DNA from: Polyangiales bacterium
GTDB taxonomy: Bacteria > Myxococcota_A > Polyangia > Polyangiales > Ga0077539
DNA: 64,000 nt
Direction: 5' to 3'
Assembly (NCBI GenBank): GCA_046351535.1
Contig: JAXLYG010000023.1
Location: 1 to 64,000, forward strand
Position 1 is the first letter of the stretch. Each line of letters opens with the position of its first letter. The position numbers were made by a program, and so were the translations under genes. Shown here piece by piece: positions 9,608-18,354 of this stretch. Under the pieces are notes generated by a model. That model was not told where the DNA came from. It made no database searches and saw only the letters and a list, made by a program, of their open reading frames with translations.

Positions 9608-11251
9608 TCATCGGAGGCGATCGGGCGCGCCGGGCGTCGATCCGTCCGCGGCGTCGTAGGTCCACGCGGCGGGGTCGAGGTCGTCGAGGGCGGTCTCCGC
9701 GCGCACGAGGCTCACGCCGGCTCTCGGCGCGCGAGCGGGAGCGCTCCCGGGCATCTGCGAGAGGACGCGACCCTCGGGGTCGGTGAGCGACACGTCGGCG
9801 CCCGAGTCTCGCAGCCCCCTCCCCGCGAGCGCCCCGCGGAGGGCGATCACCGTCGCGCCGGGCGCAACGGGCGGATCACCCTGCGAGGCCACGCCGCGCG
9901 GATCGAAGCTCGCGCCCACCACGATGGCGCGACGCCCCGGAGGAATCACCGCGCCCTCGGGCAACGTCGATCGAGAAGCCCCCTGCGAGAGACCGTACCC
10001 GGTGAGGTCCGCGGGGCCTGCTCCCTCGTTGAGGAGCTCGATGAACTCCTGCGCGCTCGTGCTGCGCGGGCGCGCGAGCACCTCGGTGATGCGCACCCTC
10101 GGGCGCGCGGGCGCGCTGCGTACGACCGCGAGCGCGCGGGTCTCGTGGGCGCGTCCGTCGAGGCCGAGGCACGCCGCGGTGATCGCGTAGTCGGCGTCTT
10201 CGCGCGGCGTCGCGACGAGCACGCGGTGGAGCGTTCCCGAGGCGCCGAGCGAGACGCGGGGAGGATCGCCCGACGAGGCCGCGGTCACGCGCACGATCGC
10301 AGGTCCCGTCGTCGACGCGCGAACCTCGATCGCGCCCGCGGCGACGCGGACGCAGAGGTCTCCATCGGCGGCCTCGTCGGCGCCGCACACGGGCGACGGG
10401 CCGAAGCCCACGCGGGCGGCGTCCCTGCGCGGCCCCGTGACGAAGCTGTCGAGCTCGGCCTCGACGCGCGCGCCGTTGCTCGCGACGAGGGCGCCGAAGC
10501 CCACGCGGTACACCGTGTCTGCGACGAGGGGATCGACGGGCTCGACCCACGCGCAGCGGGCCGTGTCTCCGTCGAGGCAGTCGAGCGATGCGCGGGTGGC
10601 GACGGGCGCGGCGCCGTCGGGCGAGAGCGAGAGCGGCGCCGCTGCGCGAGCGCGGTGCACCGGGCGATCGAAGCGGACGAAGATCCGCGCGGGGTTCGCG
10701 GGGCCATCGCCGGGGCTCACGGGCTCGACCCGCGCGAGCGCGCCGCAGCGTCGGGCGGGGGCCACCGTGAGCGGGATGGCGCGCGCGCGGCGTCCGCTGT
10801 CGGCGTCGTTGAACGCGACGCCCTCTTCGCTTCGAAGCAGCGACGAGACCAGCAGCGTCGCGGGCGTGTCGGGCAGCAGCGCCGCGAGCGCGTCGACGTG
10901 AATCACCGTGGAATCAAGCGGATCGCGAGAGAGACGCACGGAGACCCTGCGCGCGGCGTTGCTCGCGGTGAGCGCGCCGTCGGCGGCGTCGGCGCGGAGC
11001 GCGTCGCTCGGCGAGCCCGTCACGAGCAGCGCGGCGCCCTCCTCGGGCCACGCGACGGGGCGATCGAAGCGGAGCGTGAGCGACGGCACGCGGCCGATGC
11101 CGTCGAGGTCGCCGGTGGGCGTCTCGATCGCGACGAGCGACGGCGGCGACGGCGGGTCGCGCAGCGGCGGGACCGCGATGCAGCGGGTGGCGAGCGTGAA
11201 TGAGAGGAGGGTCGCGAGAGCCTGGCGGGCGCGGCGCATGAGCGCGGTCAT
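9608..11251 (-). CDS. secreted protein with C-terminal lamin-tail-domain (LTD)-like region
   Basis: Signal peptide (ALATLLSFTLATRCIAVPP). C-terminal segment (RVRITEVLARPRSTSAQEFIELLNEGAGPADLTGYGLSQG) matches the LTD consensus (ITEv...EfIEL.N.g...dLsGw.L). Confidence 0.6.
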   Translation of the reverse strand: MTALMRRARQALATLLSFTLATRCIAVPPLRDPPSPPSLVAIETPTGDLDGIGRVPSLTLRFDRPVAWPEEGAALLVTGSPSDALRADAADGALTASNAARRVSVRLSRDPLDSTVIHVDALAALLPDTPATLLVSSLLRSEEGVAFNDADSGRRARAIPLTVAPARRCGALARVEPVSPGDGPANPARIFVRFDRPVHRARAAAPLSLSPDGAAPVATRASLDCLDGDTARCAWVEPVDPLVADTVYRVGFGALVASNGARVEAELDSFVTGPRRDAARVGFGPSPVCGADEAADGDLCVRVAAGAIEVRASTTGPAIVRVTAASSGDPPRVSLGASGTLHRVLVATPREDADYAITAACLGLDGRAHETRALAVVRSAPARPRVRITEVLARPRSTSAQEFIELLNEGAGPADLTGYGLSQGASRSTLPEGAVIPPGRRAIVVGASFDPRGVASQGDPPVAPGATVIALRGALAGRGLRDSGADVSLTDPEGRVLSQMPGSAPARAPRAGVSLVRAETALDDLDPAAWTYDAADGSTPGAPDRLR

Positions 11252-11294
11252 CGCGCGCGGCGCGGCGCGGGTTGCGTCGGTCGCGGAGAAAAAC

Positions 11295-12473
11295 TCAGTC
11301 GCGCATCGCTTCGAAGGCGGCGCGCGTCGCGGCCCGGAGCTCGGCGTCGACGAGGAACTCCGCGGCGGTGCGCGCCATCGCGCTGGCGGCCTTGAGCATC
11401 GTGTCGAGGCCCACGGGCGAGGCCGCGGCGAGGGCGAACTCGTGCTGGTGGCAGAGCGTCTCGTTCTCGCCGCAGATCGCGAGCCACGGGTGGATCGCGG
11501 GGACGGCGTGCGAGATGTCGCCCATGTCGGTGCTCCCCGCGCCGACGCGGTCGTCGTTCTCGACGGCGCCGCGGCCGAGGTCCGTGAGGTGGCGGCCGAA
11601 GGCGCGCGCGAGGGGCATGTTGTTGACCATGTCGCGGTAGCCCTGGCGCACGGCGAGGTCGACCTCGACGCCGCAGGCGATGGCGGCCCCGCGGGCGCAG
11701 CGCTCGACGATGGCCTTCACGCGCTCGAGCTCGCGGCCGTTGCGCGCGCGCACCGAGAACTCGCACGCGGCGTGCTCGGGGATGATGTTCACGGCCTGTC
11801 CGCCGTCGGTGATGAAGCCGTGGACGCGCACGCCGTCGCGGAAGTGAACGCGCTGCGAGTCGATGAGCGAGAAGGTCTGGAGGCACGCCGTGAGCGCGCT
11901 CGCGCCGTCGTGCGGAGCGGCCGCGGCGTGGGCCGGGCGACCGTGGAACTTCATGGTGATCCACACGCTCGCGAGCGCCGGGTGCGAGACCAGGTCGCGG
12001 TCGAAGGGGTGGAACATCATCGCCGCGTCGACGCCCTCGAAGGCGCCCTCGCGCAGGAGGATGATCTTGCCGCCGCCGCCCTCTTCGGCGGGCGTTCCCA
12101 CGAGGTCGACGGAGCCGCCGAGCTCCTTCGCGAGGGGCGCGAGCGCGAGGAAGGCCCCGACGGCGCCCGCGGCGATGAGGTTGTGCCCGCAGGCGTGACC
12201 GATCTCGGGCAGCGCGTCGTACTCCGCGAGGATCGCGACGCGCGGACCGCCCTCCCCCGCCCTCGCGCGAAAGGCCGTGGGGAGCCCGCCGAGGGCGCGC
12301 TCCACGGCGTGACCGTGGGCTTCGAGCGCCTCGGAGATCCACGCGGAGGCCCGGTGCTCTTCGAAGCGCAGCTCGGGGTGCGCGTGGATCTTGAGGGAGA
12401 GGGCCGAGAGGGCTTCGCGGTGCCGCTCGACGCCCGCGTCGATGCGTCGGATGGTGTCGTCGTTGAGGGCCAT
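11295..12473 (-). CDS. M20 family amidohydrolase / peptidase (M20D, hippurate hydrolase-like)
   Basis: ATG at 12473 (MALNDDTIRR...). Metal-binding motifs typical of M20D (HAHPELRFEEH; AILAEYDALPEIGHACGHN; FHGRPAHAA). Confidence 0.85.
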   Translation of the reverse strand: MALNDDTIRRIDAGVERHREALSALSLKIHAHPELRFEEHRASAWISEALEAHGHAVERALGGLPTAFRARAGEGGPRVAILAEYDALPEIGHACGHNLIAAGAVGAFLALAPLAKELGGSVDLVGTPAEEGGGGKIILLREGAFEGVDAAMMFHPFDRDLVSHPALASVWITMKFHGRPAHAAAAPHDGASALTACLQTFSLIDSQRVHFRDGVRVHGFITDGGQAVNIIPEHAACEFSVRARNGRELERVKAIVERCARGAAIACGVEVDLAVRQGYRDMVNNMPLARAFGRHLTDLGRGAVENDDRVGAGSTDMGDISHAVPAIHPWLAICGENETLCHQHEFALAAASPVGLDTMLKAASAMARTAAEFLVDAELRAATRAAFEAMRD

Positions 12474-12559
12474 ACGAGAGGCCACTGGGAGTACACCCTC
12501 GCGCGTCGGAAAGTCCATCGCGGCGGGGCGTCCGTGGTAGGGATCGACCGGGCACCACC

Positions 12560-13573
12560 GTGGACATCCACTCAGCGACCGACAGCGCGGCGAAGGGCAA
12601 GCTGCTCCCGATCTATCTGCTCGCGGGCGACGAGCGACTGCTCATCACGCGATGCGCCGACGCGATCCGCGCGGCCACCGTCGGGGGCGGGCCGAGGGGT
12701 CTCTCGGAAGACCTCTTCGACGCGAAGCAGACGACGGGCGCGACGATCATCAACGCGTGCCGCACGCTCCCCATGATGGCGAAGCGTCGCCTCGTGGTGG
12801 TGCGCGGCGTCGAAGAGATGCGCAAGGCCGATCAGGAGACGCTGCTCCCCTACCTCGACAAGCCCGAGCCGAGCGCCGTGCTCCTGCTCGTGGGTCACGG
12901 CTTCGACATGCGTTTGAAGCTCGCGCTCACCGCGAAGGAGAAGGGCTTTCTCTTCGTCGCCAAGGCCCCGTCGGAGGGAGAGCTCGCGCCCTGGATCGAG
13001 CGCGAGGCCAAGGCCCGCGGCGCCACGCTGGAGCCCGGCGCGTCGGACTCGCTCGCGATGCTCATCGGCCCCGACCTGTCGCTCCTCGGCGACGCGCTCG
13101 AGCGGTTGCAGCTCTACACCGCGGGCGGTCCCATCACGACGCGCGCCGTCGACGAGGTGGTGACCGCGGTGCGAGAGATCCCCGCGTGGGACCTCGCCGA
13201 CGCGATCGGTCAGCGCAACGTCGCGTCGTGCATGACGATCCTCGCGCGGCTCACGGCGCAGCGGCAGCACGCGCTCCCGACGCTCGGGCTCATCGCGCGG
13301 CAGATCCACTCGCTCGCGAAGGCCAAGGCCAACGCCGAGGGCAAGCTCCCCGGCGCGCTCGCGTCGGTGCTCAAGATGCCCCCCTTCGCGGCCGACAAGG
13401 TCGCGCAGCAGGCGAAGAAGTGGACCTCGCCGCAGCTCTCGCGCGCGATCCGCGTGCTCGCGGCCACCGACGCGGCGCTCAAGGGCTCGAAGCGCGGCGA
13501 CGAGCGCGTGCTCGAGGAGTGCGTCATCGCCCTCTGCGGCGGACCGGGGATGGGCGAGGCCCCCTCGCGGTAG
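12560..13573 (+). CDS. holA: DNA polymerase III subunit delta
   Basis: LPIYLLAGDERLL...LVVVRGVEEMRKADQETLLPYLDKPEPSAVLLLVG and the C-terminal helical domain (QRQHALPTLGLIARQIHSLAKAK) are typical of HolA. Divergent from the M20 gene. Confidence 0.85.
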   Translation: MDIHSATDSAAKGKLLPIYLLAGDERLLITRCADAIRAATVGGGPRGLSEDLFDAKQTTGATIINACRTLPMMAKRRLVVVRGVEEMRKADQETLLPYLDKPEPSAVLLLVGHGFDMRLKLALTAKEKGFLFVAKAPSEGELAPWIEREAKARGATLEPGASDSLAMLIGPDLSLLGDALERLQLYTAGGPITTRAVDEVVTAVREIPAWDLADAIGQRNVASCMTILARLTAQRQHALPTLGLIARQIHSLAKAKANAEGKLPGALASVLKMPPFAADKVAQQAKKWTSPQLSRAIRVLAATDAALKGSKRGDERVLEECVIALCGGPGMGEAPSR

Positions 13574-13628
13574 CGCCCCCTCCGCGCGACCCTGTTTTTC
13601 GGCGCCGTGATACCGTCCGCGCGTTGCC

Positions 13629-14486
13629 ATGAAGCCAGGGGCTCGCGCGACCGACATGCATGTGTGCCCGCAGTTCACCGGGCCCATCCCCCACGTAGGC
13701 GGACCGATCATCCCCGCGGCGCCGACGCCGACGCAGGCCGAGACGCTCCAGGCCGCGCGGCTCGCGGACTACGCGTTCTGCGTGGGCCCTCAAGACGTGG
13801 TCTTTCAGGGCGCCTCGACGGTGCTCGTCGGGGGCCTGCCCTTCGCAGGTCGGTTCGACTCCACGGCGCACTCGGGGGTCATCATGATGGCCGCGAGCAC
13901 GGTGATGCTCGGCGGCCCGACCTTCTCGCTCCCGCCCAACTTCAGGGTGCGCGGCGGCGCGGCCTTTCAGAACGCCACGATCCGCGACCTCTACTACCTC
14001 TCGACGCTCCCGTCGGGTCGCGCGCTCATGCAGCGCCTCGAAGACTCTGGCGAGACCATCACCTTCGTGCCCGAGAGCGACCCCCACAACTCGTTCTGCT
14101 CGCCCGCGAGCGACTTTCTCGCGCGCCACGGCATCCCGACGGGATCGACCGTGAGCTACAACCCCGACGTCGCGCTGCGCGCGTATGACTCGGGCAACAA
14201 CCTCATCGACATGCCCCCGCAGGCGGTGCTCGGCCACGAAATGGTGCACGCGCTCAACAACGCCGAGGGCACGCATCACTACGGCACCGACCCCGCGGGC
14301 CCGGCCACGCAGCCCGGCATCGAAGAAGAAGAGTCTTCGGCCATCGGAACGGGCAGCCACAGCGGCGACTACCCGACCGAGAACGACCTCCGCAACGACA
14401 TGGGCGGAGGCGTCGGGCGACGCGACAACCACTACGGGCAGAACACCCCGGCGCCCACCGGCAACCGCCGCCCCGGAGGCTACTGA
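13629..14486 (+). CDS. PAAR-like (DUF4150) polymorphic toxin with C-terminal HExxH metallopeptidase-like domain
   Basis: N-terminus (MHVCPQFTGPIPHVGGPIIPAAP...VLVGGLPFAGRFDSTAHSGV...MLGGPTF) matches the PAAR_like/DUF4150 spike-tip fold. C-terminus carries GHEMVHALNNAEGTHHYG followed by an acidic run (IEEEESSAIGTG), i.e. HExxH plus a downstream Glu as in NleD/M91-like or Tox-MPTase domains. Confidence 0.8.
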   Translation: MKPGARATDMHVCPQFTGPIPHVGGPIIPAAPTPTQAETLQAARLADYAFCVGPQDVVFQGASTVLVGGLPFAGRFDSTAHSGVIMMAASTVMLGGPTFSLPPNFRVRGGAAFQNATIRDLYYLSTLPSGRALMQRLEDSGETITFVPESDPHNSFCSPASDFLARHGIPTGSTVSYNPDVALRAYDSGNNLIDMPPQAVLGHEMVHALNNAEGTHHYGTDPAGPATQPGIEEEESSAIGTGSHSGDYPTENDLRNDMGGGVGRRDNHYGQNTPAPTGNRRPGGY

Positions 14487-14491
14487 CCGCC

Positions 14492-15067
14492 ATGAACGTC
14501 TCGCTGCGCTTCACACACCGCTTCGACGGCCGCGACCTCGTCATCGCGTGGACCTTCGCCAACCGCGAGTCCGCGGAGCTCGGCGTCTTCAACCTCATCG
14601 AGGTCGTGCGCCCCGACGGGACGCTGAGCTTCTCGCCCGAGGTCGCCTGGGTCGAGTTCGACGAGGGCGTGCTCACGGTCTCGCAGCGCGCCCTCGCCGC
14701 GCCGCCGGGCCTCGCGATGGCCGCGCGCGTGCCGCCTTCGTGCTCGCGCCTCGCGGCGAGCGCCGACAGCGCGGGAGAGGTCCGCGTCCCGCTGCCGCTG
14801 CGCGTGATGCACACGTATCGCCGCGCGGCGCTCGGCGGACAGGTCGTGGCCGATGTGCCCCGCGAGGCGAGCGTGCTGCGCTTCTCGATGGGCGTGTTTC
14901 CCCTCGACGACCGGTGTCGCCTCGCGGCGGAGCAGCCCGCGTTCCCCGAGGTGTTCTCCGCGCTCCCTCCGGGCGCCGCGCTCGCGCGACAGGAGATCGT
15001 GAGCGCCGAGGTCGCGCTCGCGCACCCCGTCGCGGTGCTCGATTACCGGAGCGTGCCTTGGGACTGA
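14492..15067 (+). CDS. putative immunity protein for upstream PAAR toxin
   Basis: Starts 3 bp after the toxin stop on the same strand. 191 aa, no signal peptide, non-repetitive composition. Its position downstream of a polymorphic toxin is the main evidence. Confidence 0.55.
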   Translation: MNVSLRFTHRFDGRDLVIAWTFANRESAELGVFNLIEVVRPDGTLSFSPEVAWVEFDEGVLTVSQRALAAPPGLAMAARVPPSCSRLAASADSAGEVRVPLPLRVMHTYRRAALGGQVVADVPREASVLRFSMGVFPLDDRCRLAAEQPAFPEVFSALPPGAALARQEIVSAEVALAHPVAVLDYRSVPWD

Positions 15068-15483
15068 GGTGGCTCCCGCTCGCGGGGTTCGTGGCCGCGT
15101 GCGCCGCGACGCCCGCGCGGGTTCAGGTCGACCGCGAGGCCGCGCTCGCGCTCGGACAGCGCGCGGTCTTTCACGCCGCGCACGGCTGCGAGGTGCTCTT
15201 CGAACGCGTCGTCGAAGACGGACGCTGCCCGCGGGGGCGGCAGTGCGCCGCTTCGAACCCCGTGCGGGTGAGCGTGCGGATCACCTGCGCGGGCAGCGCG
15301 CGCAGCGAGGAGCTCGCCGTGCTCGACCGCGACGTGGGCGAGCCGCGCATGCAGGGCGTGAGGTCGTGCGCGCCCATCGACGGCGCCGTGCTTCGCCTGC
15401 GCGACGTGACGCCGTACCCCGGCGCGTCGTCGGAGCGAACGCGCGCGGTCCTCGTCGTCGAAGGGCGCTGCGGCGGGCCTTGA
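15058..15483 (+). CDS. small Cys-rich lipoprotein
   Basis: In-frame TTG/CTG start near 15058-15064 (LRWLPLAGFVAACAATP: lipobox VAAC). 6 Cys in ~140 aa. Overlaps the stop of the upstream gene. Start codon uncertain. Confidence 0.4.
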   Translation: MGLRWLPLAGFVAACAATPARVQVDREAALALGQRAVFHAAHGCEVLFERVVEDGRCPRGRQCAASNPVRVSVRITCAGSARSEELAVLDRDVGEPRMQGVRSCAPIDGAVLRLRDVTPYPGASSERTRAVLVVEGRCGGP

Positions 15484-15510
15484 AAACAGTGCGTTCGAGG
15501 GGTTCGACGC

Positions 15511-17796
15511 TCAGCAGTTGAGCTTCACGAGGGCGCCGGTCACCTCGGCGTTGGCGTTGAGGTTCACCTGCGCGCCGCCCGACGAGGTCATCGTCGCGTT
15601 GCTCGTGAGGTTCACCGCCGCGCCGCCGTTGGAGTGCATGTTGGCGTCGGCCGTGAGGTGCACCATCCCGCCGCCGCTGCCGTGCATGTTGGCGTCGGCC
15701 GTGAGGTACACCTGCGCCCCGTCGTGGGCGTGCATGTCAGCGTTGGCGGTGAGGTACACCTGGGCCCCGTCGGCGGACTTGAGGTCGGCGTTTCCCGTGA
15801 GATAGAGCTGCCCGCCGCCCGAGGCCGTCATGCGCCCGTTGGCGTCGAGGTAGACCTCGGCGCCGCCGCCCGCCACGAGCTTGATGTGGCCGGGGTACAT
15901 CTCGATCTTGCTCCCGCCGCACTCGAAGATGATCGAGTCGGGCGCGGTCATCTTGATGTTCTGCGACACCTCGACGATGTAGTCGCCGGTCACGTTGAGC
16001 TTCGCGCCGTGAAAGTCTCCGCGACCCGCGCCGTCGACGGTGGTGATCTGGTTGCCGTGCACGTGGATGGTCTCGTTGCCCCCCACGCCGAGGGAGCGGC
16101 TCCCTCCCACCGACACGCTCTGGCTGCCGTCGACGCGCATCGTGTGGTTGTGGAGCACCTTCTCGTCGAGGTCGCGCTGCGCGTGCATGTGGATGAGCTC
16201 GTGCCCCGCGGCGTCCTCGAAATAGAGCTCGTTGTAGCCGTTGCCGCCCGGTGAGCTGTTCGTTCGAATGATGCTGCGCGTGGGGTTGGCCTCGAGCTGG
16301 TCGACGGGCGGCGGCGGGTGGTTGTCGAGGTTGTAGACGCAGCCCGTGATGAGCGGACGGTCGGGGTTGCCATCGAGGAAGGTGACCACCACCTCCATGC
16401 CCACGCGGGGGTTGAACACCACGCCCCAGCCCGCGCCCGCCCACGTCTGCGCCACGCGGATCCAGCACGAGCTGTACTTCGACTGCTGCGCGCGCGACCG
16501 CAGCTCGGGGCGCTCCCAATGGAAGCGCACGAGCACGCGGCCGTAGAAATCAACGCACACCTCGGCGTTGGGCGCGCCGGGCATCGCCATCACCTGCGCC
16601 GTCTGCGCGCCGTGGATGCGCGGCCGTCGCACGGTCCTCGCGGGGCGGTACACGGTGCCCTCGGGGACGAGCGTGAACTTGTTCCCGTAGCGCTCCTCGT
16701 CGACGGGCGGATGCGGGTCGTGATCGCCCTCGGCCACGCGGCCCCAGTGCTCTGCCGTGACGATGGTGAAGGGACCCTTCTCGGCGCCGTCTTCGTCGGT
16801 GACCGTCACGCGTCGACCGGGCATGAAGCCCGTGACCACGCCGCGCCCGCTCCAGGTCTCGGCCTGCACCGTGCGCTCGGCGAGGCGCTGCGAGGCGCGC
16901 GTCGCGAGGTCGTTGTTCGCGTAGTAGTGGTCGGCGTTGTAGTCGTAGAAGGTCGCCTCGGCGGGGTAGTCGTAGAGCGAGCGCTCGCCAGCAGATGCGG
17001 GCGACGACTGCGTGGTGGCGGCCTCGCGACCGGGCGACGACTCGTCGGCGCGGTAGGGATGGGTGAAGTCCCAGTCGCGCAGGGTCACGCCCGTGGGCGC
17101 GAGCGCGAAGCGCGTCTCGAGCACGCGCACGCTCTCGGTGTCGAGCGTCGATCCCCCTTCGCCCATCACCGGCACCGCGCCCGCCGCGATCGTGGGGACC
17201 ACCTCGGCGAACGCGTCGACGGCGCTGTCGTCGGCCAGCACGAGCTGCTCGCCGCCCGCCTCGTGGCGGAAGTAGTACGTCACGCCCTCGTCGGCGAGGA
17301 GGCGCTGGATGAAGTCCAGGTCGGTCTCCTGGTACTGCACGCAGAACTCTCGAACGGGGTGCGACTCCATGCGAACGGCCGACGTGTCGAGGCCGCTGTC
17401 GCCCTGGTAGACGCCCGCCGCAGCGAGCACCTCGCGCACCACGTCGATCGCGTGGAGGTCCTGAAAAACACGGCAATCGCGGCGCTGCGAGAGGAGCCAC
17501 AGCGAGGGCACGAGGAGCGCCCGCACGTGGCGCCGACGCACCACGGCGCCGAGGTCTTCGGCGGCGCGAATGACGCCCGCCACGCGACGCGTGAGGGCGC
17601 CGCGGGTGATGGTGAAGGTCGCGGGTCGACCGAGGAGCCCGCGCAGGTCGGAGCGCTCGTCTTCCCACAGGTCGATGACGGCCTCGTAGACCTCGGAGAG
17701 GCCCTCGTGGAGCCTGAAGCTCCGCACCTTCCAGCCCGTCGCGGGCCCGACGGCCCCGCGAAACTCGTAGTCTGCCTCGGGGAGCAGGTCGCTCAT
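15511..17796 (-). CDS. vgrG: type VI secretion spike protein VgrG with C-terminal repeat extension
   Basis: ATG at 17796 (MSDLLPEADYEF...). gp27-like and gp5/OB regions (RFHWERPELRSRAQQSKYSSCWIRVAQTWAGAGWGVVFNPRVGMEVVVTFLDGNPDRPLITGCVYN) and a beta-helix (IHMHAQRDLDEKVLHNHTMRVDG...). The last ~115 aa are degenerate ~15-aa repeats (GAQVYLTANADMHAH...). Confidence 0.9.
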   Translation of the reverse strand: MSDLLPEADYEFRGAVGPATGWKVRSFRLHEGLSEVYEAVIDLWEDERSDLRGLLGRPATFTITRGALTRRVAGVIRAAEDLGAVVRRRHVRALLVPSLWLLSQRRDCRVFQDLHAIDVVREVLAAAGVYQGDSGLDTSAVRMESHPVREFCVQYQETDLDFIQRLLADEGVTYYFRHEAGGEQLVLADDSAVDAFAEVVPTIAAGAVPVMGEGGSTLDTESVRVLETRFALAPTGVTLRDWDFTHPYRADESSPGREAATTQSSPASAGERSLYDYPAEATFYDYNADHYYANNDLATRASQRLAERTVQAETWSGRGVVTGFMPGRRVTVTDEDGAEKGPFTIVTAEHWGRVAEGDHDPHPPVDEERYGNKFTLVPEGTVYRPARTVRRPRIHGAQTAQVMAMPGAPNAEVCVDFYGRVLVRFHWERPELRSRAQQSKYSSCWIRVAQTWAGAGWGVVFNPRVGMEVVVTFLDGNPDRPLITGCVYNLDNHPPPPVDQLEANPTRSIIRTNSSPGGNGYNELYFEDAAGHELIHMHAQRDLDEKVLHNHTMRVDGSQSVSVGGSRSLGVGGNETIHVHGNQITTVDGAGRGDFHGAKLNVTGDYIVEVSQNIKMTAPDSIIFECGGSKIEMYPGHIKLVAGGGAEVYLDANGRMTASGGGQLYLTGNADLKSADGAQVYLTANADMHAHDGAQVYLTADANMHGSGGGMVHLTADANMHSNGGAAVNLTSNATMTSSGGAQVNLNANAEVTGALVKLNC

Positions 17797-18350
17797 GCTC
17801 GGCTCCAATCCGGTCCGTGGAGGGTGTGAAAGCTGATCTGACAGGTGCCCGGCACGATGCCCTCCTCGCGCGCGCGGCCGTGACGGTCGAGGGTGCCCGC
17901 GCGAACGCCGCCGTCGGGCATCGTGATGCGATAGGGGACGTCGGCCATGTCGCGCCCGTCCTGATCGACGAGGTGGATCTCGATCCAGCTCGTGTCGTGC
18001 GGCGAGTCGGGCGCCTCGGGCTCGTCGGCGGGGTCGCTCCCGAAGGCCGCCGTGGGCCTCGCGCGCGTCACGCGATACGCCACCACGCGCCGCACGCGGA
18101 GGGCGTCGGCGACGCGGCGCACGAGCTCGTCGGCCTCGACCCACGAGGCGTCGTCCACGGCGGATCCGAGCGTGCGCAGCACGTCGAGGAGCGCGCCGCG
18201 GAGCCACACGTCATCGCGCAGGCAGCGCTCGATGAAGGCCGCCGCCGCCTCGCGGTGGAGCTTCACCCCGCGCGTCTCGGTGGTCACGTCGCTCGGGAGG
18301 TAGAGGGTCACCTCGCCGTCACCGTCAGGGAGTCTCGTGAGGTACCGCAT
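17793..18350 (-). CDS. hypothetical protein in vgrG operon (185 aa)
   Basis: ATGA overlap with the vgrG start, and 4 bp after the upstream gene stop. Sequence MRYLTRLPDGDGEVTLYLPSDV... No family recognised. Could be an adaptor/chaperone or immunity component. Confidence 0.6.
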   Translation of the reverse strand: MRYLTRLPDGDGEVTLYLPSDVTTETRGVKLHREAAAAFIERCLRDDVWLRGALLDVLRTLGSAVDDASWVEADELVRRVADALRVRRVVAYRVTRARPTAAFGSDPADEPEAPDSPHDTSWIEIHLVDQDGRDMADVPYRITMPDGGVRAGTLDRHGRAREEGIVPGTCQISFHTLHGPDWSRA

Positions 18351-18354
18351 GCGC

